Assembly: GCA_010909165.1 (NCBI GenBank)
Contig: MU008168.1
Location: 1,116,001-1,180,000 of the forward strand
DNA length: 64,000 bases
DNA from: Anthoceros angustus
Lineage: Eukaryota; Plantae; Anthocerotophyta
Direction of reading: 5' to 3'
A program made the position numbers and the translations under genes. Positions 54,089 through 64,000 of the stretch are shown in pieces; position 1 is the first letter of the stretch, and each line of letters opens with the position of its first letter. The notes under the pieces are model-generated. The model worked only from the letters and a program-made list of their open reading frames with translations, had not been told where the DNA came from and ran no database searches.

Positions 54089-57000
54089 ATGCTAGATGCT
54101 CAACTGCCAGTTGGGATGTTAGACCTATCAACGTCGTCATCTCCTTGGACATCTGTGAATGGAAGGTAAGACTTGTTTGAAAGTTCTACATGTACATTCT
54201 GCTCTTGAATGTCGTGTTGCATGACGATCCTGATTTTCTGCAACTTCAGGAATGCACGTGAGATGGAGGCCTTATGCAAGGATGGACAGCTTGATAGTGC
54301 TCTACTGGCTCTACTCCGTATGGATCAACAGGGAATCGTCCCGTCCATACAGATGTACAGGGTCTTATTGCAGGCATGCTCAAAGCAGAAGTCCCTTGCA
54401 GAAACAAAGCAGGTACAAGCTCACCTAGCAAAACACGGGTTAGATTCCAGCAGATATTTAGGAAACCTGGTGGTCACCAGTCTGGTAAACTGTGGGAGCC
54501 TTGCAGATGGGCTGCAGGTTTTTAAAAGATTAACACACCGAACTGTTGTCTCTTGGACAGCCATCATCTCAGGGTTCATCACTGCTGGACAGTGTCAGCA
54601 GGCTTTGTTGTGCTATGACCAGATGCAACAGGAAGGTGTGCAGCCCGACGCTTATGTGTTTGTTAGCCTAGTAAAAGCATGCAGCAGGTTGGAGGACCTG
54701 GAACAAGGCAAGTGGATACACTCTGAAATTAAGGCACATGGATTTGAATCCGACGTATTTGTTGGGAGCACTCTGGTTAGTATGTATTCAAAGTGTGGGA
54801 GTATCATCGATGCTCAACGGGTGTTCGACGGATTGGCCCAACGGAATGTGGTGTCCTGGAATGCACTCCTTGCAGCATATGCTCAACAGGACCAAGGTGA
54901 GAAGGCATTGCAGATATACTGCAGGATGGAAGAGGAAGGTGTCACACCGAATGATCGGACTTTTGTTAGTGCCCTCCAAGCCTGTGCCAGCCTTGCAGGA
55001 CAGAAGGAAACTGCAACTATAGTCGACCAAAATCTGAAAGTACATGCCTTACAAAGGGGAAAGGTAATCCATGCCAAAGCTAAGTGGAGAGGTCTTGAAT
55101 CAGATGTCTTTATTGGGAGCACTTTGGTCCTCATGTATGCAAAATGTGGGAGCATTACTGATGCTAAGGAGGTGTTTGACAGATTTTCGCAGCGTGATGT
55201 GGCATTGTGGAATGCCATGATTGCAGCATATGTTGAGAGGGGACAAGCAGAGAGCGCCCTGAAAACCTTTTGGGAGATGCAACAAGAAGGCGTGACGCCC
55301 AATGCTCGAACATTTGTTATTGCACTTCAAGCATGTGGGTGCCTCGCAGATACTGAGGAAACTACTGTTGTGGATGAACAGTATGTGAAGGTGGCGTCGT
55401 TGGAGAAGGGAAGGGATGTACATGCTGGGGCTGTTGAGAGGGGTCTTGAATTGGACAGCTTTGTGGGAAGCACTTTAGTGAATGTGTATGGGAAGTGCGG
55501 CAGCATCAGGGATGCCAGGCAGCTATTTGACAGATTGCCTAAGCGCAATGTGGTGGCATGGACTGCGATTATTTCAGCATATGCTCAGCAGGACCAAGGA
55601 GAAAAGGCATTGGAAATTTACTATCAACTACTAGAGGAAGGTCTCAAGCCAGATGGACACACCTATGTCAGCATTCTCCAAGCGTGTGGCAAACTCGCGG
55701 AAAAGGAGGAGAGTACATTCATTAATGGGCAATATCTGAAGGTGGACTCCTTGCAAAGGGGGAGGGAAATACATTCTGCCGTCATTGAAGACGGTTTCGA
55801 ATCCAACATCTTTGTTGGCAATGCTTTGGTTAGTATGTATGCCGACTGTTGGAGCATCAAGGATGCAGAAGAGGTGTTTGACAGACTGGAGCAGCGTGAT
55901 GTGGTTTCATGGAACATCATGATTGCAGCATATGCTGAACGGGATCAAGGAGAGAAAGCAATGCAGCTGTATATGCAGATGCTTCAGGAAGGGGCGAGGC
56001 CAGATCTGCGGACCCTTGTTAATGTTCTCCAAGCATGTGGCAAGCTCGCAGAAAAGGAGGAAAGTGCACTTCTTAACGGACAGCATGTTAAGCTGGAGTG
56101 CTTGCAGCAGGTGAGGGAGATACAAACCACAGCTGTGAGTATGGGTCTCGAGTCAGACACCTCCCTCAGCACTAGTTTGGTCTACATGTATGCCAAGTGT
56201 GGAAGCATCAAAGATGCAGAGCAGGTATTTCAGACATCCTTGAAGCACGATGTGGTGTTATGGAATGCCCTTATAACAGCGTATGCCCAACTAGACCGAG
56301 GAGAAGCTGCCTTGCAGTGTTATAAGCAGATGCAAGTGGAAAGAATCATGCCAAATATGTGGACCTTTGTCAGTGCTGCGCAAGCATGTGGTAGCATCGC
56401 AGAAACAGAGGAATATTCACAGGTGGATGGAAGAAATGTGAAGGTCGAGGCTTTGCAGGAGGGCCGGGCAGTGCATGCTGATGCGACTTTGCGGGGCTTT
56501 GAGTCACAAGCTTTCGTAGGTAGTACTTTGATAAGTATGTATGCAAAATGTGGGAGCATCAAGGATGCGGAACACGTGTTCAACAGGATGCATCAGCGGG
56601 ATGTTGTGTCATGGAATTCCATGATGGCAGCATATGCTCACCAGGAGCAAGGGGAGAAAACTTTGCAAATTTATACCCAGATGCAAGCAGAAGGCGTGAA
56701 AGCAGACACAGCTACATTCATTTCTGTACTCGACGCATGCAGCCGTACAGGAGCCTTGGACATGTGCATGAACGTCCATAAGAGCATCGTGGGGAGAGGA
56801 TTTTGGTGCAACCTTTCTCTGGCCAATAGTTTGATCAATGCGTATGGCAAATGTGGGAGCATGGTGGATGCTCAACATGTATTCGATTCACTGTCTCAGC
56901 CTAGTCTCGTGTCGTGGAGTGCACTCATTGCTGGGTATTCCCGAGTTGGAGATTGTATTAGAAGCTTGCAGTGCTTTGAGAACATGTTGACTGCAGGCTT

Positions 57001-60000
57001 CAGACCAGATGGAGTCGCATTTATGGCAGTCCTCTCTGCATGCAGTCATGCTGGCATGGTGGAGAACGGACTGCAGTACTTTGAGAGCATGACGAAAGAA
57101 CATGGCATTTCTGCTACGACGGAGCATTATGCCTGTGTTATTGACATGGTTGGTCGTGCAGGACTCTTTAGCAAAGCAGAAAGTTTACTTCTCCATATGC
57201 CAATGCAGCCTGATTTGCCAGTGTGGTTGTGTCTGCTGGGTGCCTGCCGAAAGCACGGTGAGGTGGAACTTGGAAAGCGTGCTTTTGATGCTGCTGTGGG
57301 TCTAGAACCAAGACATGGTGCAGCCTATGTGCTCATGTCGAATATCTATGCTGATGCTGGAATGTGGGAGTGTGCTCAGGAAGTAGATGAATTGAGGCAT
57401 TGTGTAGCTGCAAGCAGACAGCCCGGGCAGAGCTGGATCGAGCATGGGCAGGAGGTGCACACCTTTATGGTTGGTGACCACAGGCACCACCTAGAGTCAG
57501 CGATCTACAAATTTCTCACATCCTTAAACACGAAACTGAATCAGGTAGGGACCCTTTCACCAACAGTCTCAATTGTACAACAAACATCTGAATCTGAAGA
57601 CTCAAGTCGTTTCACCATTCGATCATTAGAGACACTCTGCCAGCAAGGACAGATAAACAAGGCTGTTCTTGCCTTGCTCCGCCTAGACCAGCAGGGATAT
57701 GTGCCTTCTGTCCAGATTTACCAGACGCTTCTACAAGCCTGCATGAAAAGGAAAGCCCTCTGGGAGGCTAAGCAGATTAGTGCTCAGCTGGCAAAACATG
57801 GATTAGAGTCGAACATATCCCTGGGGAACCTTATGGTTACTACGCTGGCCACCTGTGGTAGCCTTGCAGATGCGGTGCAGTTGTTTGAAAGGTTGCCACA
57901 TCGAACTGCATTTTCTTGGACAGCTATCATTTCAGGGTATAGCAATGCTGGGAAATGTCGGGAGGCACTTTTGTGCTATGACCAAATGCAGCAGGAAGGT
58001 GTGCAGCCTGACAAGTACACGTTTGTCAGTTTACTCAAAGCATGCAGCAAACTGGGAGATCTGGAAGAGGGCAAGAGGATTCACACTGATGTGCTGGCAC
58101 ATGGGTTTGAATCGGATTCGTATGTCAGGAATACGTTGGTAAGTATGTTTGCAAAGTGTGGGAGCACCGTGAATGCACAGCAGGTGTTTGATGGAATGTC
58201 TCAGCATGATGTTGTTACGTGGAATGTCATGATTGCAGCATATGCTCAACAGGACCAAGGTGAGAAGGCTTTGCAGATGTTTAGGCGAATGCAAGAAGCA
58301 GGAGTTAAGCCAACTGACCGGACATTTGTCAGTGTCCTTCAAGCATGTGGCAGCGCTGCAGAGAAGGAGGAAAGTACTTACGTTGATGGGCAGTGTTTCA
58401 AAATTGAATCCCTTCAAGTGGGCAGGAAAATACATGCTGGAGCAATAGAAGGGGGTTTTGAATCGGATGTATTTGTTGGAAACACTTTGGTTAGCATGTA
58501 TTCAAAGTGTGGGAGCATCAAGGATGCAGAGCACGTGTTTGGCAAATTGCAACAACGTACCGTGGTGTCATGGAATGCTATGCTTGCTGCATACGCTCAG
58601 CAGGGTGATGGTGCGAATGCCTGGCGCCTATATCACCAGATGCAAGAGCAAAGGGTCGCTCCAAATGCGCGAACCTTTGTTAGTGCCCTTCAAGCTTGCG
58701 GTAGCCTCGCAGAAAAGGAAGAAAGTGTGGTTTGCGATGGGAAATGTGTCAAAGTGGGCTCCCTAATGAAGGGGAAAGAAATCCATGCTGCAGCTACAGA
58801 AAGGGGCTGTCTATCCACATTTGTAAATATCACATTGGTTAGCATGTATGCCAAGTGTAGAAGCATCAAGGATGCGGAACAAGTATTTGAAAAAATGCAG
58901 CAGCGTGATGTGGTAGCATGGAATGCCATGATAACAGCTTATGCAGAGCAGGACCAAGGAGAAGATGCCTTGCATATTTTTCGCCAAATGGAAGACGAGA
59001 GCGTCAGTCCAGATGCACGGACCTTTGTCAGTGTTCTCCAGTCATGTGGCAGCCTTGCAGAAAAGGAGGAAACTGTACTTCTCGATGGCCAGCTTGTCAA
59101 AGCAGAATCCCTTCGGAAAGGTAGGGCAATACATGCCAGTGCAAGAGTGCATGGCTCTGAATCGGACATCTTTGTGGGGAACAGTTTGGTTAGCATGTAC
59201 TCAAAGTGTGGCAGTATCAAGGATGCAGAACAGGTGTTTGCTACAATATTCCAGCGCAATGTGATTACGTGGAATTCCCTGATTGCAGGGTATGCACAGC
59301 AGGACAAAGCCGAAAAGGCATTGGAGATATATCAGCAGATGCGTGAGGAAGGGGTGAGGCCAGATGCTCGTACTTTTGTCAGCATTCTTCAAGCATGTGG
59401 GAGCCTAGCGGAAAGGGAGGCATATGCCATCGTGGATGGCCAGAATGTGAAGAAGGAGTGCCTACAAAAGGGAAGGGAATTGCATGCTGAGGCTTACCGG
59501 GCTTCTGCCTTAGATGTCTTCGTTGGGAGTAGCTTGATTAGTCTGTACGCAAAGTGTGGTAGCATGCAGGATGCCGAACAGGTGTTTGACCAGCTGGCTC
59601 AGCGTGACGTGGTGGCATGGAATGCAATGATCGCAGGCTATGTTCACCATGAGCAAGGGGAAAGGGCCTTACAACTTTACGCAACCATGCAAGCAGAAAA
59701 GGTGAACTCTAACGAGGCGACATTTGTGGCTGTTTTACAAGCATGCAGCAAGACTGGAGCTCTGGATATATGTGTGCAAACCCACAAAAAGATAGTGGAG
59801 AGCGGGTTGGCGTTCCGTCCCTCTGTGGCTAACAGTTTGTTATATGCATACACTAAAGTTGGGAGCATGGAAGTTGCTCGAAGCATCTTTGACTCAATGC
59901 CACATCCCGATGTTGTGTCATGGACTGCACTGATAGCAGGATATGGGCAACTTGGACACTGTGAGCTCAGTATCGAATCTTATGACAATATGCGCCTGGC

Positions 60001-60598
60001 GGGGGTGAGTCCAAATCGGGTCACATACTTGGCACTCCTATCTGCTTGCTGTCATGCTGGCATGGTGGACCTGGGCCTGGAGTACTTTGAAAGCATGACT
60101 AGTGAACATGGCTTAGCTCCGGACGTGGAGCATTATACTTGTGTCATCGACCTTGTTGGTCGATCTGGACACTTCAGCAAGGCAGAAGAGCTGCTTTCCC
60201 ACATGCCAATGAAGCCTGATTTGCCAGTGTGGATGTGTTTGCTGGATGCCTGCAGAAAGCGACGTGACGTGGTAAGGGCAAAGCAGTTTTTCGACAAGGC
60301 TGTAGCTCTGGAGCCCAAACATTCGGCAGCATATATGCTGATGGCGAATATATATGCTGATGCTGGGATGCCTGAGTGTGCTCGAGAGGTATCTGAGTTA
60401 AGGCAGAGTTTAGGTGCAAGGAAGCAGCCCGGCAAAAGTTGGATTGAGCATGAGCAGAAGGTTCACACATTTCGAGTTGCAGACCAAGAGCATCAGGAAG
60501 CACCATTGCTATATGCATTGCTGGAAGACCTAACCACTAAGCTAAAGGAGGCTGGGTATGTAGACTTTGTGGAAAGCTGGCATGGAGAGCTGAATTGA
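54089..60598 (+). CDS. Giant PPR: two PLS-E+ units fused in one frame, 9 LL motifs, no DYW; short first exon 54089-54165, main exon 54250-60598
   Basis: Uninterrupted ORF 54209-60598. PG boxes at ~57418 (QPGQSWIEH) and ~60424 (QPGKSWIEH). Phase-2 GT-AG intron 54166-54249; start codon tentative. Confidence 0.9.
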
Positions 60599-60657
60599 AC
60601 ACAAGGCAGATGTCGTAAGTAGGAACCTTAATTTATCAGCAATTAAGCTTAGTACAT

Positions 60658-63088
60658 TCAAAGAGTGATTTCTTCTGGCTGCAGTTGCTGTTTCCTAAGG
60701 TCCTTCTGCAATGCATTCTGCTCACTCCAGTGACGGAAAGCTTCCCTTACAGGATTGAGCTCTGCATCCTCTATCTGAGCCTGAGAGGTGACATTGTCTA
60801 TCCAGAAAGACCACACCGGAGTAGTGTGGTCCAACAGGGGCCACACTCAGGAGCACCACATTGTGCAAAAATGTTTGCATAATGCTCTTCACCTCGCTGG
60901 ATGGTTCTAACCTTGAATGTTTAGCATCATTCATGGTTGCCATCAAGTTCTGGGCATATGAGCTGGGCTGCCGAAAATTGTGGAAGTCGTTGTCTACAAG
61001 GACCAAGCCTTCTGACGGTGCAAGTGGCAGGATTATGCGGGAGTGTCGAGCCAGTGACAGAGGTATCACGTCAGGAAGCACTCCCATAACACAGCCACAG
61101 CTGTTCCCACCATCTTTCTGATCTGAAAGCAAATCAGCCAACAGACAACTCTTGACACTCCAGCAAGCAGTACAACCACCAAATGCACACCAGTGCCAGA
61201 ACAGACAGAACCCGACATCATACAAAATCGTGTACCTGATGAAGCATAAAGGACTCGCCAGTGATGGACAATCTCAGGAGACGGACATTTCCGCAAATCT
61301 CAATCTGAGAACTACAGGAGCAGGAGATGATGTGCGAAAATGTGCAGTCCTGATTTTGTCTTTGCTGTCAGGCTCAAACAACCACCTTGCCCTTGCTGTA
61401 GATTCATCATCTTCTGCCCCATCTGGAACCTGGCTTTCTTCATCCAAAGATGATTGGTCATCTTCCGGAATGCTCACACCACTGTCACAATCATCCAGCA
61501 CCTCCGGGACAACCGCCGATTCATCTTCGAAGACCGACTACCCTGCGGTTAAAGTAGGCAGGCTTGTTCACGTCTTTGTACTTGCTCCGAGCGGTGTAAT
61601 TATGGAAAGGATGCCTTCCTGCCAATTGACAACAGCCAATGTCACGGGTACTGCTACACGTCCTCCTAACCAAGCTTTCGGTGCCTCAATTGGCTGACAA
61701 CCTGAAATGCTGATAATATGCTGTTCAGCTCTGTCACTCGATCTTCACTTGCTGCCATTGAACCAGAGTGATTGATGTCAAGCACAGCCGCTGGTAGTAG
61801 ATACTCGTATGTGCGGGTAAAACACATCTTTCTTGAATCGAAGGACCTGCAGAACCAGGATGGTCAGTGCCGAAAACGGCAGTTATGACTGAAACATTCC
61901 ACACATTGAGCTTAAGTCGAGTCAGACCTGGGCACTGGGACAACAGAAAACACTTTTATGCTTGCAGGTAAGTGAGCATTGATACTTTCCGCCAATGCAA
62001 GCCCGTCCCTGTCATGGACCCATGCTGCTTCTGGGACTTCCATCTTCATAGAAATGACTGTGCTTATGGAGTGCACCTGAGCTGAACGTAGAAACACAAT
62101 TAGAACCTTTTGATCTGCGTCACATTCTACCAACCCAATCACAATGACGGGCAGCTGAAGAGCAACCTCCTCAAATCTAGCAATTTGAGGTGCAGTTACC
62201 AGGACCTTCCAGTCGTGCTAACGACTGGTAACATACATAGTGCATCAGACTTTGACACATACAGAATCTCGTAGGGCACGACGGTTACCCCTTTATCAGT
62301 TCGGCTGCTGCGTGCCCATCCAAGTCTGTGAAGATTCCCAAAGTTACTAGCAAGCATTCCATGAGCCGCCAATATGGCTTTCTCCAGCTCTGCTTCAACG
62401 GCTGCAAGAATACAGACCGGAGAAAATGTGACAACCTGCATAATACTAGCAGCAGCTCAGCCATTGTAGCTTGGACAGAAGCTACTTACTGGGGACTCCT
62501 GTAGACCGTTGCAACTGCAGTCCTGCAAAAACCCGAGTGACTTCAGGACAACCGCATACTTTCCTCTCAAGCATGATACCCAAATGTCGATCATTTGCTA
62601 ATCTATTTGGGCTCATCCTTCTACCAACCTTTGTACTCGGTTCCAACATAGCCAACCCAGAAGCAAACCTTCTTCTTCACCCTCCCATCACCAGGAGCAG
62701 TAGCAGGCGGTTCCAGCAGCCCGTCACTTCCCTCCACCACAGGGCAAAGCTCAACTGAAGTTCTTTCTGCCATCCTCCATGAAGTCCTCCTACAAGAGTG
62801 ACCTGATCCACCCTTACTCTCCAACAGTCCCAGAAATTTTCCTCTGGTGAATGCTCGAGAGCTTACTTTTCCTGCATACATGACAGAAAGACAGATGATC
62901 ACCACATTCCGCCTCTATGACTCAACAGGATGCACACCCACGACATAAGGTGGACAACATGATAGGATGTACGCCATCACTCACTCACTTGAGTCACATT
63001 GCCCGTGTCCCTTGGCCAGAGTATGGAAAGAGGGCGGCACCAGGGTGCAGAGCTTGCAGCTGCTCCACCACACTGCGCTGCTACGCAT
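60658..63088 (-). CDS. tRNA pseudouridine synthase, TruA family, multi-exon
   Basis: [17 protein letters not shown]|[12 protein letters not shown]|VHS (catalytic Asp), [32 protein letters not shown] at 63088 is joined by a phase-1 intron. Confidence 0.9.
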
Positions 63089-63313
63089 GGCACCCGAATG
63101 CTTCAAAATTTGGCCTCACAGCTCACAGTGTGCCAAATACAGCCTTGTCTCAAGTCCTGTTTGGCAGGACGGCGGATTTCCTCTACATATATGTATTAGG
63201 TTTCATAAATTTCACACTGATAATATAAAATGGAATCAAGTCGATGCTTAGTGTTTTCTGCTCGCTGTTTTCGCTTGGTGTTCTCCATATTAGGAGTTGT
63301 TTGGAGAAGAACC

Positions 63314-63475
63314 TTAAGCATTTTGCGCTTCGATTGGCACTTGGATGGGGTGTTTAGAAGGGAGTGGATGCCCTTGGTGCTAGTAATTTAGGTACGCCAT
63401 GTTATAAATTGTTAAGTACTAAGTCCCATGTCAAAAAAATTTATCCAAGAGGACAATAATGGACTTCTTCTTCTT
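63314..63475 (+). mobile_element. SINE-like element, copy D (older, diverged, 5'-truncated)
   Basis: gatggggtg..gggagtggatgcccttggtgc..gttaagtac.aagtcccatg..ggact(tct)n aligns to copies A-C. Confidence 0.75.
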
Positions 63476-63855
63476 AATCACTTCAGGAGAAGTTAGAAGC
63501 ATAGGTAATAGAGAGAATTTAAATGTAAGGTTGAGATTAAGCTAATTATTATCTAGCACGTAAGATCGTCGTTTATTTAATACCATATAGGTAGTGGAGA
63601 GCTTTTGATTTGGAAAGCCTTACATCTATGACACCATATAACTAGAGAAAGTTATTGATTCAAAAAGCCCAGATGTAAGGAACAATTATGCAATAAAGAA
63701 AGTTGTTGGTACGATTTAAAAAGTCTAGACACAATGTCAAGTTGACTATTTCTCCATTCCACACCACACAATGATAGATGTTCTATCATGTAATATTATT
63801 AATATATTATTTTATATAAAGATAAAGTTGTGAATCCTCTTCTCTCAAGCATGGA

Positions 63856-63955
63856 GCTCCCCTAGCCTAATGGAAAGCATCTTACTTCTAATAAGGGGAT
63901 TGCGGGTTCGAATCTCAGCGTTAGGGGATTGCGAGTTTGAATCCCGCTGAGAGAA
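63856..63955 (+). pseudogene. tRNA-Arg(UCU)-like pseudogene or tRNA-derived SINE head with a duplicated T-arm
   Basis: A-box-like tagcctaatgg, anticodon arm ctta-cttctaa-taag, B-box ggttcgaatc; the T-arm segment repeats; acceptor stem imperfect. Confidence 0.5.
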
Positions 63956-64000
63956 ATCTAGTAACTTGTTGCATTGCATCATTTGAGTTCCTGCCAAGAA

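Overview
Gene-dense nuclear DNA from a land plant with short introns (mostly about 70-200 bp). The compact gene spacing and the PLS-class PPR genes with long-L (LL) motifs suggest a hornwort or another seed-free plant; this is an inference. In order, the window holds: a decayed PPR pseudogene, a phytocystatin, CCB4, a GAUT10/11-like gene, an ethanolamine/choline kinase, an RD19-like protease, a TE-rich gap, a TAR/alliinase-family aminotransferase, AMT2 plus a near-identical partial upstream duplicate, PSY, a repeat-rich gap, HMGS, a PLS-E+ PPR, AK-HSDH, two tandem ADP/ATP carriers, a small unknown 4-exon gene, HUS1, two divergent PPR genes and a TruA-family pseudouridine synthase. The most notable items are: (1) a 2129-aa ORF made of two complete PLS-E+ editing-factor units fused in frame, with no DYW domain; (2) a ~215-235 bp retroposed element family with a 5' hairpin, a (TTC)n tail and visible TSDs, in 4 copies; (3) a 5'-truncated RLE-type non-LTR retrotransposon with a 15-bp TSD; (4) a possible organelle group II intron remnant; (5) a hairpin plus uORF in the PSY leader. 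All calls were made by eye, without searches or folding software.
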